A stretch of DNA of 64,000 bases from Schizochytrium sp. TIO01 (Eukaryota > Protista > Bigyra: Labyrinthulomycetes): contig SMSO01000032.1 of NCBI GenBank assembly GCA_004764695.1, positions 8,650,483 through 8,714,482 on the forward strand, read 5' to 3'. Position 1 is the stretch's first letter, and every line of letters starts with the position of its first letter. This document shows positions 48,001-58,900 of the stretch, one piece after another. The notes under the pieces were generated by a model, which saw only the letters and a program-made list of their open reading frames with translations, ran no database searches and was not told where the DNA came from. Position numbers and translations under genes: made by a program.

Positions 48001-48709
48001 TCCAGCGACCTAAGACACCTCGGATGGGTCCCGTTCCAACAGCACAGGCTCGTTCTTGTCTCGCCTAGGTTTTCCGGTGTCAGGGTGGCTATGCTGGGAA
48101 AGAACACTGGGGACCAGTGCCTCGCGTTCCTTTGCGTTCTTCCTGGAGGCGGTGTTCCTTGTTGAGGCGCAGAGCCCGCTCTCGGAAAGAACTTGAGCCG
48201 CTCGATGCAGTTTCACGAGAACCTCGAGCGCTTTGGAGAGAGTCGAAGCAAGCGGGTTGAGCTGGGTAGAGAGGTCCTCCACCCCTCAGGGCGGCACAGC
48301 TTTGCTGGATCCCAGGGCTTGCTCTGTTGCGTGCGTGGAGGTTGGTTATTGCGATGCGGTGGCATGCGGCAAATGTAGTGAGTGCGTGCATGTGTATGCA
48401 CGCAGGTGTGCACTCACTCACTCACTTACTCAGTCAATCAATCAATCAATCATTGCTCCTTCGAAGCTCTTGCGGCGCGGGTTAAGAACCCAATTATAAG
48501 TATCTGTCGGATCAACGAATCGCTGCAGATGAGAGCGAGCTACGAGGATGAATGTGTATGCATGCTGCTTTGGAATATTTCGTGTGAATGTAAGGCGTCT
48601 CCGAGTTTTGGCAAAATGTCTGGCACTGCAGGAACGAGAAGAGACGAGTTCTGCCGCCCCAAAACCTGCAAGTCAAACCCCAATAAACCTGAAGAGAACA
48701 GGGTCTATG

Positions 48710-48751
48710 AAGCTTTCGCTCCAAAGCTTTCGCTCCAAAGCTTTCGCTCCA
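48710..48751. repeat. Three exact tandem copies of 14-mer AAGCTTTCGCTCCA
   Basis: Read directly. Confidence 0.93.
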
Positions 48752-48957
48752 AGGGCTTTAAGATCGGTCAAATTCCAATGACGTCTGTCTCAAGATTCCA
48801 CGCTCGTTTCTCAAAGTCGCACCACAGAAAAAAAGAAAGAAAGAAAGAAAGAACGAAGGAGGAACCGGATAGGTGGGCGGTAGGACGTCCTAGCGGCTTC
48901 GCTTCTTTCAATCTCGCAATCAGAAAGAATGAAAAAGCCTCATTTGCTCTATGTTTA

Positions 48958-49073
48958 CAGAAATATAGAAATACAGAAATATTGAAATACAGGAATACAG
49001 AAATACAGAAATATTGAAATACAGAAATACAGAAATACAAAAATACAAAAATACAAAAATACAAAAATACAGA
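48958..49073. repeat. Degenerate tandem 8-mer (GAAATACA/AAAATACA)n
   Basis: Read directly; about 14 units with variants. Confidence 0.93.
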
Positions 49074-49980
49074 AAGAAAGGGGAAGAAAGAGCAAAGTCA
49101 AACCCCCAAAAAGCAAAGAGACCGTTCACGATGCCGAGGCGTTCTCTGCAGAACCAGCGAGGCTCAGGCGTTCGTTCGCTCCAGCGAGGCGCTGCTCAGG
49201 ACGCCCCCCTCCCGCCTCTTTCGTGCACCAGGCGCCTTGCGTGCTGGCCCTCCGCCTCCTCCAGGCCCTCCCCGCCGCGTTGCCGCCAGCTCGAGGCCGC
49301 GCTCGCGACGGTCTTTCTATGTGCCCAAACATTGATTTATGATCGTTCTTTCTTTCTTTCTTTCTTCTTTCTTCTTTCTTCCTTCTTCTTTCTTTCTGTC
49401 GATTTGACGAAGAAAGAACTTTGAACGAAAGAAAGAGAGAAAGAGAGAAAGAGAGAAAGAGAGAAAAGAAAATCTAAAATCTAACACCTCGAAGAATCTG
49501 GTGCACACCCCGTTCCATTTGCGAGTGAGTCTGAGAGGGACAAGTGTTCTCTTCGCGCATAGCAGAAGAAGGGCGGGTCGCTCTGTTCTGTTCCGTTCTG
49601 TTCTCTGTTCTGTTCTGTTGTGGGTCGCTCGCATGGTCTCGCAGTATCACGATGGAGCGGAGAGGCTCAGGAGCTGAGAGGCAAAGGAAACTTCGTTCTT
49701 GGACAAAGGCACAGACTCGCAGGTGGAGGATCTTGAAGATCACGGGGTCGAGCAGACTGTGTCGAGGAGAGTGCAAAAGCTTGGCAGTAGGTGAAGACTA
49801 GAAAGGGCTGGAGACCCTGGCGGGGCTGGCTGCAGATGGAGGCGCGGGGCGATCAGCAAACCCGAAACTCGAAGCCCCAAAGCAAAAGCAAAACACCAAA
49901 GGCAAGAACAAGAAGCAAGCAAGCAAGCCAACGCAGTCTCACCAGTAGATTGGAAAGAAGAAAAGAAGACATAATTCAAG

Positions 49981-50977
49981 ATGCTCCGTCAAGCCATTCG
50001 CAGTGCCGCCTTTCTCCAGACTCGCACCAGCCTTACCGCCCCGAGCGTGCCCGTGCGTGCCTTCGGCAGCGCCGCTGGACGTGGTGGCAGCAAGAATGTC
50101 ATCGCTGACTCTGAGCGCGAAGGCATGAGCCACGAGGACTTCGGTGGCGCCCGTAAGGCACACAACTCCGCCGCCCAGCGCAGCAAGGGCGAGAGCGGCG
50201 AGGCCTACGCCAGCGAGGCCAACAAGGCGCAGCAGGAGGCCCACCACATGAAGAACAAGGCCGAGGGCATGGCAGAGAACATCAAGGAGAAGGTCATGGA
50301 CGCCGCCCACGATATCAAGGAAGGTGTCATGGAATCCATGCAGGGCATGAAGAAGGCCATCAAGGAGGATGGCCCGGACAAGAAGGACGTCAAGGTCATC
50401 ATGGAGAACACCAAGGAGTTCGTCGCTGAGCGTGCCAGCACGGTCCTCGGCAAGGCCAAGGAGGGCGCCAAGGAGGTCGCTGAGAACGTCAAGCAGGGCA
50501 ACACTCAGGACCTCAAGAAGTCCGCCGAGAATGCCAAGGAGACCCTTGAATCCAAGGCTCAGGACGCTAAGGAGGGCCTCAAGAACAAGGCCCAGGACGC
50601 AAAGGAAACTGTCGAGTCCAAGGCTCAGGATGCCAAGGAGACCCTCAAGAACGAACAAGGCCCAGGACGCCAAGGAGACCGCTGAGTCCAAGGCTCAGGA
50701 TGCCAAGGAGACCCTCAAGGACAAGGCCCAGGATGCCAAGCAGACTGCTGAGTCCAAGGCAGAGACCCTCAAGAACAAGGCTCAGGACGCCAAGGAGACT
50801 GCTGAGTCCAAGGCCCAGGATGCCAAGCAGACCATGGAGTCCAAGGCTCAGGACGCCAAGCAGACCGCTGAGTCCAAGGCCCAAGAGGCAAAGCACACCG
50901 CCGAGTCCAAGGCTCAGAAGGCTAAGCACACCGCTCAGTCCTACGCCAACGAGGCCGAGAAGAAGATGAAGCAGTAA
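49981..50977 (+). CDS. Group 3 LEA-like (late embryogenesis abundant) protein with mitochondrial presequence; reading frame broken by a 4-nt duplication
   Basis: 11-mer repeats such as KAQDAKETAES and KAQDAKETLKN continue across two frames (49981-50685 and up to 50977). GAAC is duplicated at 50649-50656; removing 4 nt gives one 330-aa ORF. Presequence-like MLRQAIRSAAFLQTRTSLTAPSVPVRAF. Strong codon bias. Confidence 0.85.
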
Positions 50978-51660
50978 ATTGCTCCGTCAGCCCTCGACTT
51001 TCAGTAGATGGCCCCTGCGAGGGAATGTAAATTTCTCTTCTCAGTGTACTAGTAAATAATCTTCATCCTTTTAATAGATTTTTATCAATTCATCGCTTCC
51101 AAATGTTTGCCTCCACTTGAAGTGTTTCGAAGTGAAAGACGGTGCGACGCAGTTGTCTCCAAGTCAAGGCCAGGACCGCTCTTTTTGAATTAAAGCAACA
51201 TAACTTGAGTCGAGTGAATCTTTACTTAAGCGTCTGCAGCTTACCAATATTGTGATTAACTATGTATTATAAGAAGAGAATGATTTAGATTCCTCGAATG
51301 TAGAGTCTCATGTCGCCGCTTCCCGTCTCATTTCATCGAAGTACTTCGTCTTGAATTCGTTTTCATAATATACAAAATGACCTTTTCATGCTTGGTTCTA
51401 TTCTGAAGCTCGCAATTTGTGTTGGTTGCACCTTACTTAATGATAATCATAGTAGTTGGAATAAAAAGTTGTAAACAGCTAAGAGTTCAAAGACAGAAAA
51501 GTTGCTACCTACACTGCCTGTACAAAGCACAAACTTATCAAACGATCTGCCAACTTGCCATCCACAAACTAGCATTCGGGGCTCTTGAGGCGTTGGGAGG
51601 CCTTGTCAGGCAAAGGAACTTAGATTCAAGCGACGACCGTGATCGCGGATCGAGAAGAGC

Positions 51661-51861
51661 ATGCTGCAGAACAAGCGCTGGCGCGACTTGGTCATCCTTG
51701 GCGCTCCTGCCTTTGCATGTCTCTTATTGTACGTCAAAAAGCAGGACGAAAAGCACCTTGCACCGGTAAGGGAGAGACGCCGTTTAGAGCAAGAGCAGCT
51801 TAATCGTGAGGGTACCTTAGATGATGAATCGATGCAGGGGAACGACACTTCTTCGACCTAG
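51661..51861 (+). CDS. Small single-pass membrane protein, PET117-like (cytochrome c oxidase assembly) candidate
   Basis: 66 aa with ATG start after an in-frame stop. Basic N-terminus, one hydrophobic helix (LVILGAPAFACLLLYV), then KHLAPVRERRRLE resembling the Pet117 H-x-G-P/V-I-K/R-D-x-x-R motif. AATAAA follows the stop. Confidence 0.45.
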   Translation: MLQNKRWRDLVILGAPAFACLLLYVKKQDEKHLAPVRERRRLEQEQLNREGTLDDESMQGNDTSST

Positions 51862-52867
51862 TTTCTTAAAGCAAAAAAAAGGTGATGAAAAAGCTCAATA
51901 ATAAATCAACAAACATATGACATCGGCACTACTTGTTCAGAGCATTCTATTTGACGCATATAAAACACAGCCAAAGAAAACCTAAATTTTAATGAACTGC
52001 AGAAAGGGCATTGTAATGCCTACTAGGAACGGCAGAGGAGATGCAGAGATCAACATGATATGATCTGATATTATGGTAGCAATTATGCACCTACACCAAA
52101 GGCTGCAGCTTTTGTGGTGGCGACAAATAATAGAAAGTCTCGAACAATGGCGTTGCATAGGGAAACTATTATAGCAGGAGAGAGAGATCCACTGTCTAGC
52201 AAAAGTCAAACAACAAAGTTATCAGAAGTAAATTTTATTCATTCATTTTGGATTTGGTTTAGAATTGTCGTCAACTAAAAGACAAAAAAGTGGTATTTGG
52301 GTAGGACGAAAAGCGAGGAGAGCGAATAATTGCCTGCCTGCAAATCTAAGCGTGCATTTTGCCTTGCATGAAGCAAAGCAGCTTGCAGGCACACATGGGA
52401 GTTTTAACTGACTATTTACATTTAGTGCAATGAGAACGACACGCGGTGGAGTGACATTCACCTGTTTAAAAGTCCTTTACACAACGAATATATTCTCATA
52501 TGTTGCACTCTTGGGGTGGTGTAAATTAATCTTGGACTCTCCTCAGAAAGGATTGTGGAAGAGGCTTGTGGGTATACATGTGCTTAAAGAGTGACACATG
52601 ACATTTTGTAGGAAGATCAGAGAACAGCACTGAGATCTTCAGAAGAATCGTAGATCGTATTACAAGCCTTTGTATGAAAAAGAAAAGGAAAGATAGAGCA
52701 GTGGGAAGTGAATGGGAGAAATGAAAGAGGTGAACGTTTGTGTGCTAAACTCTGGCATGAGTCTAGGAAAAGTGACTTTCAATAAGAAGGAGAGATGGCC
52801 ATTCAATCGCGCAACGTACCAAAGATATCTATCATTTCGGTAAACATTGGCAAGCGCCATCCTTAAC

Positions 52868-55800
52868 TTATTTAGAGTGGTTGCGTGAGCCAGACGCCAC
52901 AGAAGGTGATGAGCCCGAAGACGCGGAAAGACTTGAGCCATTGTCAGCTTTGAACATCAGACCCCAAGCAAATTTCTTCCTCACGGGGCCTTCGAGCAAA
53001 GCGTAATACTTTGTTTCAGTGAGAGTCTCGAGAAGTGCAGCGTGATCAAAATAGAGCAATTGCCAGAGAATATCACGGAATGTTGAGTGAAGCCGCAAGA
53101 GAGCAACAGTACTTTGAAAGTGAAGGATACCCATTTGTACAATTGCCCAGCCAGAAGTCCAGCTAATATCGTATTTCAAGGATGCTGTGTTGAACTCAGC
53201 AGCGAACCGAGCCATATCCCATGGCCCGGCTTCTCCGAGATGCTTCTTGAAAATAGGGCGCATCTCAGCAATAAATCCATCCTTGCGCTCTTCATCTGCA
53301 AACTCCTTGTCCGCATCCTGAACAAAGTTCTCAATGAAAATCTCCATCGCCAGATCAGACTCGGAGGTTATCGCTGCCAAGGTAAATGCGGTAAGACCTG
53401 CGCGATCAGTTTCAGTAAGCTCACCTACTAGACCAAAGTCAAGAAGGACAATGCGACCATCATCAGGACGAACCATAATATTACCTGGGTGTAAATCGCT
53501 ATGCATGATTCCATCCATGTAAAGGTTACGAAGGTAGATACGGCCTAGGCGATTGAACATAATTTTGCGAGGGATGGTGGGAGAGCGTGCAAATGTGCCA
53601 AAGGGAACACAACTGTCCATTTCATCCATCACGAGTACATTCTGGGATGTAAGTAAAGAATGAACACGAGGGAATTCAGCCACATGAAGAGGATCCTGAC
53701 CACGAGCCAAGTGAAACTGGGCGCGCCTTTGCATTGCGTACATGCTCGCAGCTTCAAGGTTCATGTCTGTTTGGTGTGTGATGAGCTTGGAAATGCGCTC
53801 CACACGTGATCTTCCCGCCTTGCTTTTGCCAAAAACCCCGATGCGGCTAAGGCTGTCAAGAATAAATAAGAGACGATCCAGTCCTTCATTCATGCCTCGC
53901 TTCACAACTTTTACCGCAACGTGATTTCCATTCCGGAGAGTTGCGCGATGGACCTGCGCCACAGTGCCCACTGCAAATGGGTGCATTTCAAATGACTCAA
54001 AGAGATGAGATCTATCCTCGCCGTAACTCATACGGAGAACCTTTTCAACTTCAGAAGGTGACATTGCAGGTGCCTGGTTCTGAAGAACTGCGAGACGCAA
54101 AGCTACAGCTTCCGGCAAGAGGTCGATACGTCCGGAGAGAAGTTGGCCCAACTTGGTTACAATCGGAGATTGCAGTGACAGCACAATGAGGAGAGCGCAA
54201 TCTCCATCAAACTCTTCCGCGGCAAGGCGCCTCTTTTCCGCTGGGGCCCACCAACGAAGCTTTATGAGAGCGCGACCAGCAAAGCGGAAAATGTACCAAT
54301 AGAAAAAACTCACTGCCAAAAGGATCACGGTGAAAGTTAACGCGTCAATAACTTTAATAATGAGCTTCCAAGTGCCCACAATAACACGAAAGAAGGCCCA
54401 AACAAGCACACCACAAAGTTGGGAAAGGGGAGTCAACAAAACGATTGGCTCGTGAATAAAGTTTTGAGACCAATAAAGCTTCCGATGGATGCGCTTCAGG
54501 TACTTGCGGATGTAGGGTTGGACAGTGGGATGCGCCTGAAGCTCGGACTCTAGATTGCGCATCGCCTCCAGCAGAATTTCTTCTGGATTAAGGCCCATGT
54601 TATTTTTATGAAGAGAGAGTATTGCGCTGTGTTGCAAGAGGAGCTTGACGGTTTCATCGTATCGTTCAAGAGAATGTGGCTTGAAACTGTAGAATGTGTC
54701 ACCATCTTGTAGATCAAAAGCACAGGACGTTCCATCGTCCCAGGCAAGGCGTTCTTCCACATGGCGAATGAGGCCAACCACTGCCAGCATGAGAGGCGTC
54801 TCCTGCCGTACAGTACGAGCTAATGGGCTGGCAAATTTCTCCAATAAGTACTCCACGAGCTCGGGGTATCCATTGTATGCTGCGTAGTGAAGACTGCACC
54901 ATAGATTCCCTCGATTGCGGGCTTCAACCCAGAGAAACTCCCGGTCTACGAAATCGGCCACAAACCGTAGGTCACCACGCACACATCCATCAAAGAACTT
55001 CTCCATGGTATGGCTAGCAAGATCTGGGTCTATTGGGGTGCGAAAAATAAAAGGGGAGATAAGTCGCGTAGACGACTGTGCCTGTACTGGAGTGTTTCCG
55101 TCGGGAGGGGTGCCGTCACTACTATAGCTGGTTGCATTTGCAGTTGTGAAGACATCCATGTTGGGTGCGGGAAATGGATTAAAGAGAGCGCCCGGTTCCA
55201 GGGTACCACGGGACTCGGCAGTGGAAAGAATTCCATAGCGGCGAACAGTAGGCACCATCATACTATCGGATGAGTTGAAAATCTGCTTAATTGGGTGAAG
55301 ATCTTTGACCGAGTAGCCAAAACTGACAATCACCTTGAGCGTATGCATCATCTCTTCGGCTCCTAAGCGAGGACGTTTAGCCAGTAGGTAGATTTCCGTC
55401 TTCGCTGGAGAGGCCAGCAGGACGATATCTCGTGCCGGACTAACATAGAGAAGAGCGAGAGGAAAGTTGAATTGCAACATTCCTCTAAGTGAAGTGCCCG
55501 CCACCACCAGATTCGCATCGCTGGTCACGTATGATCGCCCATAGAATCCCTGCACGCTTTTGCCAATCTCGACATTGTTTTCGGCAAACCAAGAAGTATC
55601 CAGGTCATCACCACCCGTGTCTAAAAATTGTAGGACGAGATTGCTATTCGTGTAGTCTGCATGAAATCCAGAGCGTAATTGTCGGTCAACGATATTGTGG
55701 ATACCTGCAATTTCAAACCATCGACCACTGATCCATGTGTGGATACCCGATTTGCAGAGGTTGCTCTTGTTGATGCGCGGTGTTCTAAGGCAAATGAGGA

Positions 55801-55942
55801 GGAATGCGAGAAGAGCTGCTAGTGCCCAAGCTGTAATATGTATGGAGTAGAAAAACGACTCCTCAGAGGGCAGCCAGTCGCACTCTTGAATGTCAGCAAG
55901 CACGGTCCATATGTCCATGTCTTGCAAGAATAATTCTGTCAT
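52868..55942 (-). CDS. Fusion protein: TM helix - lipocalin - ankyrin repeats - TM region - ABC1/UbiB/ADCK atypical kinase
   Basis: First ATG at 55942 (listed start 56002 is TTG; an upstream exon is possible). Lipocalin motifs ISGRWFEIA and DIVLLASPAKTEIYLLAKRP...SFGYSVKDL. Ankyrin motifs SLHYAAYNGYPELVEYLL and ETPLMLAV. ABC1 motifs KLGQ..S.R.DLLP, LQNQAP, AQVHRATL, VAVK, HSDLHPGNI, LLDFG. Confidence 0.85.
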   Translation of the reverse strand: MTELFLQDMDIWTVLADIQECDWLPSEESFFYSIHITAWALAALLAFLLICLRTPRINKSNLCKSGIHTWISGRWFEIAGIHNIVDRQLRSGFHADYTNSNLVLQFLDTGGDDLDTSWFAENNVEIGKSVQGFYGRSYVTSDANLVVAGTSLRGMLQFNFPLALLYVSPARDIVLLASPAKTEIYLLAKRPRLGAEEMMHTLKVIVSFGYSVKDLHPIKQIFNSSDSMMVPTVRRYGILSTAESRGTLEPGALFNPFPAPNMDVFTTANATSYSSDGTPPDGNTPVQAQSSTRLISPFIFRTPIDPDLASHTMEKFFDGCVRGDLRFVADFVDREFLWVEARNRGNLWCSLHYAAYNGYPELVEYLLEKFASPLARTVRQETPLMLAVVGLIRHVEERLAWDDGTSCAFDLQDGDTFYSFKPHSLERYDETVKLLLQHSAILSLHKNNMGLNPEEILLEAMRNLESELQAHPTVQPYIRKYLKRIHRKLYWSQNFIHEPIVLLTPLSQLCGVLVWAFFRVIVGTWKLIIKVIDALTFTVILLAVSFFYWYIFRFAGRALIKLRWWAPAEKRRLAAEEFDGDCALLIVLSLQSPIVTKLGQLLSGRIDLLPEAVALRLAVLQNQAPAMSPSEVEKVLRMSYGEDRSHLFESFEMHPFAVGTVAQVHRATLRNGNHVAVKVVKRGMNEGLDRLLFILDSLSRIGVFGKSKAGRSRVERISKLITHQTDMNLEAASMYAMQRRAQFHLARGQDPLHVAEFPRVHSLLTSQNVLVMDEMDSCVPFGTFARSPTIPRKIMFNRLGRIYLRNLYMDGIMHSDLHPGNIMVRPDDGRIVLLDFGLVGELTETDRAGLTAFTLAAITSESDLAMEIFIENFVQDADKEFADEERKDGFIAEMRPIFKKHLGEAGPWDMARFAAEFNTASLKYDISWTSGWAIVQMGILHFQSTVALLRLHSTFRDILWQLLYFDHAALLETLTETKYYALLEGPVRKKFAWGLMFKADNGSSLSASSGSSPSVASGSRNHSK

Positions 55943-58900
55943 CGTGACGCCAGAAAAATTAAACGTTGCGGCAGGAGAAGGAACTCCTGCACACAAAGGC
56001 AACGCTGGCGCACTTGTGTGTTTGCCAGCGCGGACAGCGGCGCCGTGCCGTCCGCGCTTCGGTTTGTAATTGCTTCCAGGTGTGGTGCGCGCAACTGAAA
56101 GCTAGCTGCAGTAAGCTTTATTCGGGTTTCACAGCCTCAGATTGATGTTGCTATTCTACTGGTCTGGCCTCGTCTTTGAAGACCTCAGTTTCAACAACGT
56201 TTTGGAATTTAATGACAGGACCAAGTTGGGTTTTTGACTCGAAGACGGAGTATTTTTCTTCTTTTGAACAATCGGCTTCTCGTGAAGCTGTAGAGAAAAG
56301 CACGTGCGTTGTGTCTCTAGTTCTTGCGAGCGTGTACTTGAGCAAGATTTGGAATAACGAGTTATGTTTATTTTCGCAGCAGCACAGCCAAGGCAAACTC
56401 CTGCGACCGCACCAAATCCTTTGTTGCTCTCTTTTCTGGCACTTTGTTCTCCCCGTCCTGTGGTCTCGCTGCAACGCGTAGCTAGGATTTGAGGCGAGTT
56501 CAACTCCAAGCACGATGGGTAAGAGCCGCGACGCGCAAACCAACGCAAGTAAGAAAGAAAGGCTTTCCACCTTGATTCCTAATGGGTGTTGTTTTCCTCC
56601 CGTCTGTGCGCAAGGCAAGCCGCTCGCTCGCTCGCTCGATAACTCGCTCCGTTTCCCCGCGGAAAGACGGTGACCGAGCGAGGGGTGTGGCGTGCGGCCG
56701 ACCCGCCGTCTCCGCGTCGGCGAGGCTCGGGGCGTGCCTGGCGCCGAGCTTGCCGGTTTTGCCGGCGTCGAGAGGAGCGCCGCGTGGGTCCCCTTCTGGC
56801 GCCGCTTTTAATTGTTTGCTTCTCCTTGGCCGATTACTATTGTTGTAAACCTTGTTTGTTTTGTTTTCAATTTCTTTCTTAGTTTCGACTTTTAAAAAAA
56901 CGTTAGTTTAAGTTCGTTTCGTTTCTACTCTACTTATTATCATCGTCATCATCATATGCTTTTCCTTACTTTCCTCTTATGATGCATTCTAGAGCCTATG
57001 CGCTCTATTTAAAAGAAAGAAATATGCGTACGTAGATTTTATTTTTATTTTATTGCATTTTTGTTGTTGGTTTTTTAAAATTAAAAGTAATAGTAAAAGT
57101 AAAAGTAAAAGTAAAAGTAAACAGACAATGATGATGTTTAGAGTAGCCAAATTGAGTGTTTCCCCTCTTCTTGCTGCCGACTCCTGTCTCCGTATAATAA
57201 GGCCGCTCTCCACTTTTCTACTGCACTAAGGAAGGTGCCCTTTCTTTCTTTCTTTCTTTTTGTCTGTCTGTCTGTCTGTCTGTCTGTAGCACGGTCTTCG
57301 ATCCAGGTTGGCAAAGGCAGCGCTGTTAGGTAGGTAGGATGGTAGGATGGTAGGTAGGTATGCCTACAGGTATTCGTTCCTGCTCCGTTTTCACGGACTA
57401 TCTCGCTTCGACTTTTAGGTTTCCTTGATCCTGTTTTTGTAAAAGATGAATATCATTGTCGTTTTCATTTTCTTTAAAACATTTTCAAATTCCTTTTTGT
57501 GTTACTTTCCTGTCCCATACATACATACATACATGTCTCTATACATGTGTCCTCGATGTCTCTATAAAAGTCACCCCAATTCTTTTTGAACTTTCTACCG
57601 AATAAAAGGAAAAGGAAAAAGAACGAGAAAAACGCTCCTCCATCGTGCGTTCCGAACGTTCTGGCCTAGCTTCCGCTGTTCACGAAAGTTCAACCTGGGT
57701 TAAACTAATCTTCTGTCGTGGACTCTAAATCCGAGGATAGCTGTGAGGCTTCTCTTCCGAGCCGCCGCAACGCACAGGATTATCGACACATTCTAGCATA
57801 GGCGTGCATTCGTGCCGAGCAACGTCGCAAAGTCCTTCATCTCTGCCTGGTTTTATCTCATGTCGTTGGTTCGTTCGTTTGATTAGTTGACGGGTGTTCC
57901 ATTCTTATTTGTTCCATTCTTCTCAGAGCTCAAAGAGAGTCTGTTTGAAACGTTTAGGGCTAGTGATAGCTAGCATGGGTGGTTAGCTGGAGGGCTAAGA
58001 GAGTCTTTTATTTCCACTCGAACTGCCGTCCAGTCGAATTGACTGTTGGAGGTTCGGGCGATAGCAGTCGATAGTGGACACAGTAAGTAGGTACTTTTTA
58101 CTTTACTTTTATTATTTAAATAATAAACATCTTTAAACTTTAATGACAAAAAGCACAAATCTACTGCTACTTCTGATTCGTTGCCATCCTTCTTCCTTTC
58201 TACTTTTTTGCCCCTTTTCTTTTGGTTTCTGAAATATCTCGCAGTCTTTTGGTTTCTCTAACTTAGGTCTGAGCATGAGTAAGCCACCCAAGAATGGAAT
58301 TCGTGCTTCCTTCTTCTACAGTGGAACCTTACGTCTTGTCCCCTTCTCCTCCTCCTCCTCTAACACCTTGACTGTTCCGCACAGCATTTGCTCAAAGCAT
58401 TAAAAAAGCAAGTTTTCATTTATTTATCTATATTTACTTTCGTAAAAAGCATTTTTATACTCTGGACAAATGACATGGAAAGCCAAGTATGACGCTCGAA
58501 ACACTAAAACCTCGCTAGCCAACTATCAGAAAATACAACAATAGCTAAATAGAAAAACAGACTTTTAGCGTGTCAAGTAGTGTTTCTGATAGTTTGAAGA
58601 AATAAGTTTGACAAAAACTTACCCAAATTTAGCCGGAAGGGGAATGGAATACACTTGGCTGTGGGCGTCCGTTCGTTTTGCGCCCTGGATAAGTTTGGTA
58701 ATTGTCGCGGGGTTTGAAAAAAGGATGGGCACGAAGGTGGATTTGGCGGTGGCCACCATCGCTGTTTGGGCCGAGGTATCTGCGAAGCCTGCCTGTCTGA
58801 AGGTCTTTGCAGGTACCGGTGTTTCACGGACCTTCGCATTTTGGGGAAAGGCTTCGGAGGCATTATTTGGACTCAGAGTTTGAGAGGTGGGCATTTGATG

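Noticed and set aside
49939-50929. Leu/Gly-rich minus-strand ORFs opposite the LEA gene
   Set aside because: Antisense shadows of the biased, repetitive LEA codons.
56151-56618. 155-aa minus ORF upstream of the ABC1K fusion with a hydrophobic stretch
   Set aside because: TTG start and no motifs, and I could not define a convincing splice joining it to the fusion ORF; probably 5' UTR or promoter.
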